From positions 248,001-312,000 of the forward strand of contig NIVC01000083.1 of the NCBI GenBank assembly GCA_002269645.1: a DNA stretch of 64,000 nt, in the 5' to 3' direction. Position numbers and translations under genes: made by a program. This DNA comes from Macrostomum lignano (taxonomy: Eukaryota). This document shows positions 29,801-46,000 of the stretch, piece by piece (within the stretch, counting starts at the first letter, position 1; each line of letters starts with the position of its first letter). Below the pieces are notes generated by a model, which worked only from the letters and a program-made list of their open reading frames with translations, searched no databases and had not been told where the DNA came from.

Positions 29801-32800
29801 GCTTGTGTGAATCCAATGGAGTTTGTGTGAATTCAATGGATTTTGCATGAATCTGATGGAGTTTGTGTGAATTCAATGGATTTTGCGTGAATCCGATGGA
29901 GTTTGTGTGAATTCAATGGGGGCTTGTGTGAATTCAATGGGGGCTTGTATGAATCCAATGGAGTTTTTGTGAATTCAATGGGGCTTGTGTAAATCCAATG
30001 GAGTTTGTGTGAATTCAATGGGGGCTTGTGTGAATCTAATGAATTTTTCGTGAATCCGATAGAGTTTGTTTGAATTCAATGGGTGTTTGTGTGAATCCAA
30101 TTGGGTTTGTGTGAACTCAATGGAGTTTGTGGGGATTCAATGGTGGTTTGCGTGAATCCAATGGAGTTTGTGTGGATTCAATGGAGTTTGTGTGAATTCA
30201 ATCGGGGTTTGAGTGAATTCAATGGGTGTTTGTGTGAATCGGAATATGATTTTAAAGAAAGTGTCAACAAAATTGATTCGATTTAATGCATATTAACCTG
30301 TCCCGCAATAAGTTTTATTTATCCATTTCAATGATCAGTGACCATGGAGCGTCTGCCGTGGTTTCCCAGACGCATTCAAGATCTGGACAAGGTGTCGCGA
30401 CGAGTCATCATGTATGGGTCAGAGCTGGACGCTGATCACCCGGTATGAGCATCGGCCACCTCTGAATTTAATTAAAATCTCTCTACCAAAAATGTAGAAA
30501 GAATCGCCCTCTTTGAAAGAACAGCTGAGACCCCTTTAAATTCCGCTGCAATCTACAAACACAATCGATAAAATCGAACCGAGACCCTAATTCTTAAATT
30601 CAATCACATTCAGCCCAGTCAATACCCACCGAAATCAAGTCATGCCCCTTCACCTCAAAAAATCCGGCCGAGACCCACCACCCCAAAAAATCCAGCCGAG
30701 ACTCACCATCCCAAAAATCCAGCCGAGACCCACCACCCCAAAAAATCTAGCCGAGACCCACCACCCCAAAAAATCCAGCCGAGACCCACCACCCCAAAAA
30801 ATCCAGCCGAGACCCACCACCCCAAAAAATCCAGCCGAGACCCACCACCCCAAAAAATCCAGCCGAGACCCACCACCCCTAAAATCAAGCCGAGACCTAC
30901 CGCTGAAATCTAATTGTGATCCCCATTAATTCAAAAACTCAGCCAAGACTCACTACGCATAAAATCAAAATCAAACCGTTGCGCATCGCCACTTATATTT
31001 AAACCAAGACACGAACACACAAGATCAAGCGGAGAGCCGTCAACCCACACCTATTATATTACATGAACTCAGGGCTTCAAAGATGTCGAATACCGCAAGC
31101 GCAGGATGTGGTTCGCCGATCTAGCCTACAATTATCGCCAAGGCGAGCCAATTCCCCGAATCGAGTACACAGCTGAGGAGACTCGTACTTGGGCGGCCGT
31201 GTACAAAGAGCTGAGCAGTCTGTATCAGAAGCACGCTTGTAGGGAGTTCCTGGAGAATCTTCCGCAGTTGCAGAAGTTTTGCGGTTATCGGTGAGTTGTG
31301 TGGGACACGATTTACTAGGTTTGAGTTGAGTTGTAAATGAGATTTTGGGAGATAGAACAAGAGATACGGGAGATGAGAGATGAGATTCAAAATATGAGAG
31401 ACGATATTTAGGTCATGGTGAATAAGATTCAGGAGATTAGAGTTGAGAGTCAGGAGATCGGAGATGAGATTCAGGAGATTGGAGATGAGATTTCAGAGAT
31501 GGGAGACGATAATTAGGAGATGATATTTAGCTGATGGGAGTTGGAATAAATTAAAGTTGATATTTGACCTTTTCACCAACTCAAAAGGGAGGACAACATT
31601 CCCCAGCTGGAGGACATATCTAGGTACCTAAAAGATCGCACAGGCTTCGTGCTTCGTCCAGTGGCCGGTTACCTATCGGCTCGCGACTTTCTATCGGGTC
31701 TGGCTTTCCGAGTGTTCCACTGCACTCAATACATTCGCCACGGGGCCGATCCGTTCTACACGCCTGAGCCGTGAGTGGTCGGAGTTTATGTGTTTTATTA
31801 TCTTTAATTGGCGCCGCCTAAAGGTATTCTGATCTGTTATCAGTGCAAAATTGTGGGGTTAATGACGCGTTTGAATATAAAACAGGGATGTAGGTATTCT
31901 TCCATTTTCAGGGGTATAGAAAGTGAGAAAACGGGGTTGCTTGCGCGCACTTCAATTTTAAGTGTTATGTGTCAATACAAAGAGGGTTGGTGTTCTGTTT
32001 TTTACTTAAATTGGATTAAGTTATAATGGGGTTGGTTTTGGCTTTGGGCTTGAAGTTAGAGGGGTAGAGGCGAGAGGGTGAGAAAATAGGGTTGCTTTCG
32101 GTCTTGAAATATGAGGGGTAAAGAGTGAGAAAATGGGGTTGGTTTTGGGCTTAAACTAAGAGGGGTAGAGGATGAGAAAATGGAGTTGGTTTTGGGCTTG
32201 AATTTAGAGGGGTAGAGGGTGAGAAAATGGGGTTGGTTTGGGGCTTGAATTTACCGGTAAAGGGGTAGAGGGTGAGCAAATGGGGTTAGTTTTGGACTTT
32301 AATTTAGAGGGGTAGAGGAGAGAAAAATAGGTTTGTTTTGGGCTTGAATCAAGAAGGGTTTGTGCTGGGATTTTCAAACCTGTTTTCACAGAGACTGTTG
32401 CCACGAGATTCTGGGCCACATGCCTCTACTGGCCGATCCGAGTTTCGCCCAATTCTCCCAGGAAATTGGTTTGGCCTCGTTGGGCGCCAGTGATGAAGAA
32501 GTTCAGAAGTTGGCTACGGTAATGACAGCGGTTTAACTTAATACTCGAAATAAGCTAGGTTAATATTGGTAATCCCTGATGGATACAAAAAGATCTCCCA
32601 AAATAATTGCAGTGTTACTTCTTTACCATCGAATTTGGACTGTGCAAGCAGGAGGGCGAGATGAAAGTCTACGGAGCTGGACTACTGTCCTGCGTGGACG
32701 AGTTTAGGGTGAATATTCACTTGTTTTTACCACCGATGATTAACCTGTGTTTATGACTGATATTCACCGGTGTTTATGACTGATATTCACCTGTGTTTAT

Positions 32801-34139
32801 AACTGATATTCACCTGTGTTTATGACTGATATTCACCGGTGTTTGTGATTGATTATTAACCGGTTTTATTGACTGATATTCACCTGTGTTTATGACTGAT
32901 ATTCACCGGTGTTTGTGATTGATTATTAACCGGTTTTATTGACTGATATTCACCTGTGTTTATAACTGATATTCACCTGTGTTTATGACTGATATTCACC
33001 GGTGTTTGTGATTGATTATTAACCGGTTTTATTGACTGATATTCACCTGTGTTTATGACTGATATTCACCGGTGTTTGTGATTGATTATTAACCGGTTTT
33101 ATTGACTGATATTCACCTGTGTTTATGACTGATATTCACCGGTGTTTGTGATTGATTATTAACCGGTTTTATTGACTGATATTCACCAGTGTTTATGACT
33201 GCATGATATTCACCAGTGTTTATGACTGCATGATATTCACCAGTGTTTATGACTGCATGATATTCACCAGTGTTTATGACTGCATGATATTCACTAGTGT
33301 TTATGACTGATATTCACACCTGCCCAGATCTCTTACTAAATCTCCAGTTCGTAATGAGCGGCAAAGCCGAGATCAACTCGTTCGATCCCAGGACCGTATC
33401 GAAAGAAGAGTGCCTGGTGACCACTTTTCAAAATCGTTATTTTTACACGCCGAGCTTTGAGGACGCCAAAGAAAAAATGCGGTAAGAAAATTTGAACACA
33501 CTGGCGAATACGCTTGCAACTAAACTACTTACATTAAGTGGTGTGTGCTATCTTATAGCTAAGTACATGTACCTGTAGGTCATTGGGGGATTTGGGAACA
33601 TTGGGACCTTCGGGACCTTCGGGACCTTCGGGACCTTCAGGACCTTCGGGACCTTCGGGACGTTCGGGACCTTCGGGACCTTCGGGACCTTTGGGACCTT
33701 AGGGACCTTCGGGACCTTCAGGACCTTCGGGTCTTTCGGAACCTTCGGGACCTTCGGGACCTTAGATACTTCGGGACCTTGATACTTCAGGAGCTTAAGA
33801 CCTCTGAGATCTAGCTTCGAGACTTCAGGACCTGGATTCAAGGCACTAAGGAACTATGTTGAACAAAAAATGATCAGCTAAATGTACTTTACCACTCGAC
33901 TTGACTTTGAAAGCGAGTTCGCCAAGACCATCCGCCGGCCATTCGACGTTCGCTACAACCCGTACACCCAGTCCGTTGAAGTCCTGGACTCGCCAAGGCG
34001 CATCGCCAACGTCGTCAACGAGCTCAAAGGCGACCTCGCCATCATCAGCAGCGCGCTGCGCAAGATGACTTCGGGTAGGAAAATTCTGCTGGCCGTCAGC
34101 GAACCGCCGCCGCGAATGGACGATGAAGATGGCAAGTGA
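26831..34139 (+). CDS. TPH: Tryptophan 5-hydroxylase; exons 26831-27109, 27885-28010, 29046-29418, 30339-30442, 31073-31290, 31588-31770, 32392-32518, 32613-32708, 33348-33481, 33914-34139
   Basis: ACT domain ([34 protein letters not shown]). Catalytic motifs [48 protein letters not shown] and [13 protein letters not shown] rather than xYWF, and DPFYTPEP, point to TPH rather than PAH or TH. Confidence 0.93.
27130..27845. repeat. 21-bp minisatellite (GTGTCCTTGTCACTCTCCTAT)n in TPH intron 1
   Basis: Tandem units, decaying towards the 3' end. Confidence 0.9.
28095..28965. repeat. 21-bp minisatellite (TTAATTAAGCATGGCGYCACT)n in TPH intron 2
   Basis: Tandem units read directly. Confidence 0.95.
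29435..30240. repeat. 20-bp minisatellite (GTGTGAATTCAATGGAGTTT)n in TPH intron 3
   Basis: Tandem units read directly. Confidence 0.95.
30655..30900. repeat. 28-bp minisatellite (CCAGCCGAGACCCACCACCCCAAAAAAT)n in TPH intron 4
   Basis: Tandem units read directly. Confidence 0.9.
32030..32350. repeat. ~47-bp degenerate minisatellite (GAGGGGTAGAGGGTGAGAAAATGGGGTTGGTTTTGGGCTTGAATTTA) in TPH intron 6
   Basis: Several diverged tandem units. Confidence 0.85.
32745..33320. repeat. 23-bp minisatellite (TGATATTCACCTGTGTTTATGAC)n with a higher-order alternating unit, TPH intron 8
   Basis: Units alternate with a longer unit containing CACCGGTG and AACCGGTT. Confidence 0.9.
33590..33840. repeat. 9-bp repeat (GGGACCTTC)n in TPH intron 9
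   Basis: Tandem units read directly. Confidence 0.9.
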
Positions 34140-35556
34140 TGAACAGCGGCTTACGACACACGAGTCGGGAAGTGAGCGACAGACAAAATATCAGATCGTT
34201 TCATTGCCATTTCTCCCTCTATGATTCCTTCTGGTGACCATCCGTGGTTTATTTGGTAGCTTACGATACTTAAGACACATTCTATCTATCGGTCTGTCTG
34301 TCTGTCTGCCTGTCTGTCTGCCTGTCTTGTAGTGCCTGTCTGCCTGTCTGGCAAAAAGCCGACTGTCATTACTCAATATATCTTCGTCTACATGTCGCAC
34401 CCAAAATTCTAAACCCGCCTTACCTATATTTTCATTTTCACCCCACTAAAGTACATCACCCCACTAAAGTACACTGATATCAAAGCACTCTGTGAACTTT
34501 ATAACAAGCATCAATGCACTTCTGACTGTTTGTCTGATACGAGTCGATACTAAACTTTGCCGGTTTTATTAGTCCTTGAGTGACAGTAATGAAGTCTCAC
34601 GAACAATATTATTATTTATCAATCATGAATTTATCACTAATTGCATCTCATAAGGTGTTGTCTATTAGTATCCCAAGCATAGCACAATATTTCTTTTACT
34701 GATTAGTGTCATTTCTTTCCAGTAGAATTTAAACACGACCAATCTTGAATTACTACTTACTATAGTTGCCTAGTAGACTGTCACGTATATTCGAATTGTT
34801 TTTAAGTTTCTGAATTTATTTCATCGTTTTAAAACAAAAAATCGATAAATAAATAAATAATACATTGCTGAGGACCATTGTTCATCAGCGCCTCATCAAA
34901 ACTATCAATTTGGGGAAACGTCAACTACGATGTGTATTATTATAATTTGCTCTTGTAATGGAAAAAATATAAAAAATGCCTGTAAAAAGTAATCCTGAAC
35001 TTGATTCTCTGTTTAGGTCATCACAGATACTAGAATGAACTAGATGGGCCACTCGGACATATACTGTATACATAGCAAAACCAGCTTTCTACTTTCAGTT
35101 CAGTAGCAATGAAGGATAAATAAGCTATTTTATAAGAATAGAGGCAGCTGAAATGAATTTGATAAGTTTAGAAGCCCAAGCTTGCAGGCGTAAACAACTT
35201 GCTAATTGGTTCAGTCATAATCTACATTAGCCACTTGGCAGATTTAGGCTGGAACAATCGAGGAAGGTAATAAAAATTGGGTGACAGGGCAGGGGTTAGA
35301 GGTTTGTGTGGAGTGTGAGGGTTTAAGCTTGGAGCCAATAAAAAAGCCTTGGTCTTCAAAAATACATTAAAATGCTTCAGTTTAACTTACTACTGAAAGT
35401 AGCTTGCATGCAATTGTCCTGAATGGCACATCTAGTTATTTTATTAGTATCTGTGGTTTAGTTGCAGCTTAATTTATAATCTCTTTGCTGCATGTTTAAT
35501 AAAATTAGCTTTAAAATTTGACCTTGAAATTATTTAATTCCGACACAAAAACCAAA

Positions 35557-37902
<2,346 letters not shown>

Positions 37903-38379
37903 TCCTATACTCGGTGTTTTTTTTCAAATTTCTGTTTGACTCTGTGATACTTTTATCTGAATTCGGTTTACCTTTAAAAGTAGAAAGCTTTCACAAGCGT
38001 GCGAGAACACAGTCGCTTGCTTCAATGATAAGAGAAATTCATGTGACAAAACGCACACAGAGAATGGACCGAACCGTTATATTACTGAATTCTAAAGGTC
38101 GCAAATTCCAAGAAAGCACGAGTGCAAAGGTGTAAATACAGTACAGTAAACTCTTTCTTCGTGGCTTAACTACGAGTTGAAAAAGATTATGCACTTAGCA
38201 AACTGATAAAGTACTGAAAAAATCGATGCTATCAATTAAGTAGTCATTTTGCCTATTTAATGAAGTACTTTCATTTCTTTCTGGCATAGGCTGATTTCGC
38301 CAGCACACATCTCTATTTTAATCTTTATTTAAGCTTTTCTCATACTCGTAAAATTACTTTATGAGGATTTTACGAATAC

Positions 38380-39232
38380 CTCTGCCTCCTCCTCTCCCCT
38401 CTCTCCCTCCTCCTCTCCCCTCTCTCCCTCTGCCTCCTCTCCCCTCTCTCCCTCCTCCTCTCCCCTCTCTCCCTCTGCCTCCTCTCCCCTCTCTCCCTCT
38501 GCCTCCTCTCTCTCACTCCTCCTCTCCTCTCTCTCCCTCTGCCTCCTCCTCTCCCCTCTCTCCCTCCTCCTCTCCCCTCTCTCCCTCTGCCTCCTCTCTC
38601 TTCCTCCTCCTCTCCTCTCTCTCCCTCCTCCTCTCCTCTCTCTCCCTCTGCCTCCTCTCCCCTCTCTCCCTCTGCCTCCTCTCCCCTCTCTCCCTCTGCC
38701 TCCTCTCTCTCCCTCCTCCTCTCCTCTCTCTCCCTCTGCCTCCTCCTCTCCCCTCTCTCTCTCCCTCCTCCTCTCTCTCCCTCTGCCTCCTCCTCTCTCT
38801 CCCTCCTCCTCTCCCCTCTCTCCCTCTGCCTCCTCCTCTCCCCCCTCTCTCTCCCTCCTCCTCTCCTCTCTCTCCCTCTGCCTCCTCCTCTCCCCTCTCT
38901 CTCCCTCCTCCTCTCTCTCCCTCTGCCTCCTCCTCTCTCTCCCTCCTCCTCTCCCCTCTCTCCCTCTGCCTCCTCCTCTCCCCCCTCTCTCTCCCTCCTC
39001 CTCTCCTCTCTCTCCCTCTGCCTCCTCCTCTCCCCTCTTTCTCTCCCTCCTCCTCTCTTCTCTCTCCCTCTCCCTCCTCCTCTCCTCTCTCTCCCTCTGC
39101 CTCCTCCTCTCCCCTCTCTCCCTCCTCCTCTCCTCTCTCTCCCTCTCCCTCCTCCTCTCCTCTCTCTCCCTCTGCCTCCTCCTCTCCTCTCTCTCCCTCT
39201 GCCTTCTCCCCTCTCCCTCCCTCCTGCCTCCT
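38380..39232. repeat. Polypyrimidine (CCT/CT) low-complexity array between TMEM41A and the EXD2-like gene
   Basis: Almost entirely C/T on the plus strand. Confidence 0.95.
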
Positions 39233-39835
39233 CGAAAACATTAATCTAAAATATTTACACACACCAATACCTATAACTGGAAGGTTTAAACAAGTACGAG
39301 CTAGTTAAAGTTTATCTGCACTCGAACACACACACACACACACACACAGCAGGACCCCAATACCGCTGAAATTTTATTTAAAAGCAGATGAACCATGCAC
39401 CTTTGAACTTTGAAAGTTTCTCGAAAGGCAGTGTCAATTGAATATTTAGCTAACCATGTGAAGCGTATCAAAATGCATGTACGTTTGCTAACCAGCTCGA
39501 ACAGTTATTCCTAAACACAGTCACATGACTTTAATTTTGTTTGGCATTGAACCAAAATCATTTTTGGCGTTGGTTGCACCTGCCTCATGTGCGACCGTTT
39601 TTGAGGTCAAAACCATTTATCGAATTGTTGGAATATTTCCATATTTTTGTGCCTTCAAGCGATACAATCCACCAAACCGAATCAGTATTTGATAAAAAAT
39701 ACTTTAGAAGAATATTTTGCATAATATGCAAACTTCTTTAACACGTGAAACGAGAATTAAACAGCTGTTCTTGACTAATAAATGCACTGATTCACTGTGC
39801 CATTAAATTTTATTTAATAATTTATACGATTTTTA

Positions 39836-39968
39836 TTAGAAAAATTTTAAATAGTCATCACTGAGTGGGCAGGCATTTTTTTAATTAATGACTCGGCGAG
39901 TTAAAGGTAGGGAGACAGACAGACAGACAGATAGACAGACAGACATACAGACACTAAGACAGACAGAA

Positions 39969-40005
<37 letters not shown>

Positions 40006-40055
40006 TACAGACACTAAGACAGACAGAAAGACAGACAGACAGACAGACAGGCAGG

Positions 40056-40105
<50 letters not shown>

Positions 40106-40137
40106 GGCAGGCAGGCAGACAGACAGACAGACAGACC

Positions 40138-40193
<56 letters not shown>

Positions 40194-40230
40194 GGCAGAC
40201 AGTCAGACATTCAGACAGACAGACTGACAC

Positions 40231-40261
<31 letters not shown>

Positions 40262-40318
40262 GGCAGGCAGGCAGACAGACAGACAGACAGACAGACAGTC
40301 AGACAGACAGACAGACAC

Positions 40319-40353
<35 letters not shown>

Positions 40354-40356
40354 GTC

Positions 40357-40393
<37 letters not shown>

Positions 40394-41060
40394 GGCAGGC
40401 AGGCAGACAGACAGACAGACAGACAGACACAGACAGACAGACAGATAGACAGGCGGGCAGACAGACAGGCAGACAGGCTCACCCCACCCCCCAGTCCCTC
40501 GGCATGAACCTCGGCCGCATGGTGGCCTCAAAGTGGCACCGCCAGAGCCGCTCGAAGTCCGCCAGCGACTCGGCGCCGCGGCGACCCAGCAGAGCGCGGA
40601 CAACCCGAGCACCGTGCCGCACATCCTCCTGACGATCATCCGCACGGCTCCCCGCTGCCGCCGTCAGCCTCTGCAGCTCCGCGGCCCGCTCCGGCGGCAG
40701 CCGCTCACCGTGGCGCTTCAACGCCGCCGCAGCCGAAAGCGCCGCGCCAAACTGGGCGCTGCGCGCCGACTGTCGATTTCCGCGCGGCGCCGAGAACGCC
40801 AGCGCCAGGCAAGACTTCAATCGGTCGTCCCGTTTCTCGCTGTAGTCATGGCAACGCAGACAGAGTCGGACCACGTCGGCTGGTCGATGCTTTTTTAGCT
40901 CTTCCGGGAGGTGCTTCCGGTACTCGGATGGGATGATTTTTTTCTGACGAAGCGGCATCGACTTGGCGCCGCAGACGGCGCAGCGGGGAGCCGACTGGCG
41001 CCAAGAGAAATACAAGACAACCGCCGCAGCCGCCGCAGCCGCAACCGCCAACAGTTTCTT
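39836..41060 (-). CDS. Stand-alone EXD2 C-terminal (HNH-like, CxxC) domain protein with an N-terminal hydrophobic anchor and no exonuclease domain; exons 41060-40483 and probably 39860-39836; no ATG at exon start
   Basis: [22 protein letters not shown] is followed directly by CAVCG...[29 protein letters not shown]...DDRLK..LA..F.AP.G...RHGARVV...[20 protein letters not shown]. This is collinear with the C-terminal half of EXD2 (CVVCG..KNVIPHEYRKHFP..MKDH..DVLLLC..CH, recalled). Acceptor TTCTAG|AAG at 41060; donor GTGAGC at 40482 precedes a (GACA)n intron. Confidence 0.8.
39915..40476. repeat. (GACA)n microsatellite in the putative intron of the EXD2-like gene
   Basis: Read directly. Confidence 0.95.
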
Positions 41061-41224
41061 CTAGAATTTTAAATAATCTGTTATTATTACTATCAATAAA
41101 ATTAAGCTTGGGCCATTTTATATTGTCTAGAAGTTTCACATTAATTCAAGAATCCTATTGTTAAGGCATTGTGATCCCTAATTGCTCAAATTGCGATTCT
41201 AAATCTATGGACTTTTGACCCAAC

Positions 41225-41650
41225 ATCTAGGGACTTTATGATCCAAAATATATAAGCTGGAATGATACCAAATCTATAAGCTGGGATATGATCCCAAATA
41301 TATGGACTGTATGATCCCAAATATATGGACTGTATGATCCCAAATATATGGACTGTATGATCCCAAATCTAGAGACTGTATGATCACAACTATAGAGACT
41401 GTATGATCCCAAATCTATAAGGACTGTATAACCCCAAATCTAGGGACTGTATGACCCCAAATCTATGGGACTGTATGATCCCAAATTCAGAGACTGTATG
41501 ATCACAAATCCAGAGACTGTATGATCCCAAATCCAGAGACTGTATTATCACAAATCTAGAGACTGTATGTTCACAACTATAGAGACTGTATGATCCCAAA
41601 TCTATGGGACTGTATGATCCCATATCTATAGGGACTGTATGACCCCATAT
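41225..41650. repeat. ~23-bp minisatellite (TATGATCCCAAATCTAGAGACTG)n upstream of the EXD2-like exon
   Basis: Tandem units read directly. Confidence 0.9.
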
Positions 41651-42399
41651 CTAAGCTATCAATCAGACTATTTTTAGCCACAAGCGTAAACCAACTATTG
41701 GCAGTAACTGTAGCAAATGCCTCACTAAAGAACCATAAATAATGATTATTTAGTAACAACAGCTTGAGGGATTGTGTAGTATTAAGATCCCTGATTTATG
41801 AACTATTGCCGTTGGGATCTCGGTCTTCTAAGGCCTCACAATTAAGAAGGGAAGACAGGGAGCGGGGGAATGTACGCGCCCACAAAAATCCCTGCCCACC
41901 AAGAGAGGTCCAACAATCGAAGTACTCGAAAAACATAAGGCGCGGATGAATTTGTTGATAAAAATCGATGCCAATAAAGCTGCTTTTCTTTGAAAGAAAA
42001 AACCCTGAGAATGCCCGAAATGTTTCCTTGCTTGCTGGCTGGAGAGGAGCTTAAAATCTAGGGCGGGTGGGAGACGAAGCGAAAAAGGGGAAGTCAGTGA
42101 AGGGATCAGAGAGAAATCGATCAGCTGTAGGAGAACAAAATTCAGAATAAGTGCGGCTTTCGTTACGGCTACAATAAAACGCATGGGCGAGAAAAAATTT
42201 ACTCAACTGAGCACCCTCACTGAGCTGTGACCGCTAAAAGACGGCCTGACTCTCGGGCAGCGATTGTTGAGGGCCTCACAGATTTTCTTCCTGACAAATT
42301 TACTTTCAGAAATCTGTTTGCAGAAAGTGAATTAAGGACAAGGTAGGTGAGCCAGTTTTGACTGCCGTTCATTAACGTAATTGTTGTTAGATTAGATAG

Positions 42400-42990
<591 letters not shown>

Positions 42991-43031
42991 GCCTCCCCTC
43001 ACAGACACCTAGCAGTCAGGCATCATCGCCG

Positions 43032-46000
43032 ATGGACAGGCAACTGTCGGCATCGACGGAGTCGCTGCTCACTAGCCGGTCCCGCAGCCTTTTCGACAAC
43101 CTGGACCGGGACTGCAGCGGCTACATCGAGCCGGCGGACCTCGCCGATTACTGCGGCGCGGAGCTCAGCAAAGAGGAATTCGCCAAGCTGTTCAAAGAGC
43201 TGGACAAGGACGGCGACGGCCGGATAAGTCTGGAGGATTTCCGAGAAGGATTTCGTTTCATTAGTCGAACGGTGCATCGACACGATCAGGTAAGCGAGGA
43301 CGTCATCAAACAGGTTTTACTCGTGCGAAATTGGATTGGCTGTGTTTATCCCTATGAGAAACCGAATCAGCAGTTATCTTGGAGATTTCTTAGAAAGCTA
43401 CCAAATGTTTCTTAGAAAAAGGCGGATTGATTTCCTAGAACTTAAATGGACGCTGCTTTATTGATATAAAGAGGATAGAAGTTTTTTTCCTGGAAAAGGG
43501 CTGATAGTTTCCTAAACAGTTTGAATTGTTTTATTAAAACGGCATTCATTGTTATTCTCTAAGAAATTGAGCCGGTGGTTATTTCTTAAAAACAATGGGA
43601 TTGATTAACAAAAATAAAAAATCTAAAAATTTTTAAATTGTTTTTTTGAGATCAGTCACTTTTTTATTGGAAACGTATAAATGCATTCTTAGAATCAAGT
43701 GATGATCGAACATTTTAGAAACCGGATTGACGTGTTTTTTTAAGTAACAGAATACAGTTTTAATGATGCGCAGCGATTTTTTCTCAGAAAAATTTCGTGA
43801 AAAATTTTCTTGTACTTCTTTCCTAGAAACCCAACGGACTTCTTTCTTAGAAACCCAACGGACTTCTTTCTTAGAAACCCAACGGACTTCTTTCTTAGAA
43901 ACCCAACGGACTTCTTTCTTAGAAACCCAACGGACTTCTTTCTTAGAAACCCAACGGACTTCTTTCTTAGAAACCCAACAAACTTCTTTCTTAGAAACGC
44001 AACGGACTTCTTTCTTAGAAACGCAACGGACTTCTTTCTTAGAAACCCAACGGACTTCTTTCTTAGAAACCCAACGGACTTCTTTCTTAGAAACCCAAGG
44101 GACTTCTTTCTTAGAAACCCAACGGACTTCTTTCTTAGAAACCCAACAAACTTCTTTCTTAGAAACGCAACGGACTTCTTTCTTAGAAACCCAACGGACT
44201 TCTTTCTTAGAAACCCAACAAACTTCTTTCTTAGAAACGCAACGGACTTCTTTCTTAGAAACCCAACGGACTTCTTTCTTAGAAACCCAACGGACTTCTT
44301 TCTTAGAAACCCAACGGACTTCTTTCTTAGAAATCTGAAATACTTCGTTCTTCGAGAAACTCAATCGTTCTACATTCGACAATCCACAGGAGCGCCGTCG
44401 ATCGTCGGTGGCGTCGAGCCTGTCAGCACGCCGACTGCCAACTAGCACTGCCGGCTCCCGAGACGACAACCTCAACCGACTGGACGAATCGGTTGAGGAG
44501 GGCAACGGCAGCCGGGGAGCCGCAGGCGAGGTCAAGGAAGCCACCGGAAGTGCCGACACCCCACAGCAGCAGCTGGCGCAGGCTCTTAACGACTGTCTGC
44601 AATCGTTGTCTACTCAAGACTGCGTCCTGGATCTGTACCAGCAGCTCAGCGAGCAGCAGCAGAGGCAGCCTCATCTGTTAGAGAGCTTCGAGACTGTGCT
44701 CGCCGACCTGATTCAAACCATTCAAAGCCTTCGTTCGGAGCAGACCAAGATGGAGGAGTCAATGAAGCTGGAGCGGCAGCGGCACAGGAGGGCCTTGCGA
44801 GAGATGGAGGCTGAGCTGGAGCAGCAGGTGGGAAATTTTTGAAGTCCCAAAATCTCGATTATGAAATCTCCCAGCAGATCCAAAATATTAGAATCTAAGC
44901 TATTAGAATCCCAACTCAATTAGAATCCCAACTCAATTAGAATCCCAACTCAATTAGAATCCCAACCCAATTAGAATCCCAACTCAGTTAGAATCCCAAC
45001 TCAATTAGAATCCCAACTCAAATAGAATCCCAACTCAATTAGAATCCCAACTCTATTAAAATCCCAACTCAATTAGAATCCCACAATCCCAAATCTCAAA
45101 ACACCCGCTAACCCTGACAGCTGGCGGCAGCTGAGGAGGCCGCCCACACCCGAGCACGCGAATCGGCCGAGCGCGATTTCCGAGCCGTCCTAGAAGCCAA
45201 GGACGCCGAATTGGCATCTTTAGCTCAGCAACTGGCCGAGCATCGGGTCAAACTGACCGCAGCTGATTCTCTTGGATCCGAAATCGCCGCCCTGAAACGG
45301 GAGCTCACCGAGGCCAGGGCTGAGACACAGTTGGCCCAATCGGAGCTAAACGAGTCGGAGACTAGATTGGCGGTTGCTATGAGCGAGATCAGCTCGTTAA
45401 AGCAGTCGCTTCAAGAGCGAGAGTTCAGCGTGGCCAGAGAGCGCGAGACGGTGCAGGAGCAGCTGAGGCAGGGAGCTCGCATTGCTCAGCAGCTGCAGGC
45501 GATGCACGCGGCTAACAGAGCGTTGCGAGACAGGAATGAGGAGCTCCTGCAGGTGAGACTGAAGGGGTTCTCATGCCTTCTCACTGTTTTTCATGGCTTC
45601 TCACTCTTTATTATGTTTTCTCACTTTTTTATTATGCCTTCTCACTTTTTAATTATGGCTTCTCACTGTTTCTCATGGCTTTTAACTTCTTCATTCTGGC
45701 TTCTCACTGTTTCATTGTGGCTTCTCTCGTTTTCTCATGGCTTCTCACTGTTTTTCATGGCTTCTCACTGTTTCACATGCCTTCTTACAGTTTCTCATGG
45801 CTTCTCCCAGGTTCTCATGGCTTCTCACTGTTTCTCATGGCTTCTCTCACTGTTTCTCATGGCTTCTCCCGGGTTCTCATGGCTTCTCACCGTTTCTCAT
45901 GGCTTCTCACTGTTTCTCATGACTTCTCACTGTCTCTCATGGCTTCTCACTGTTTCTCATGGCTTCTCACTGTTTCTAATGGCTTCTCACTGTTTTTCAT

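Noticed and set aside
42230-42255. Weak resemblance to a flatworm spliced-leader 5' end
   Set aside because: No terminal ATG followed by a donor and no Sm site, so it is not an SL RNA gene.
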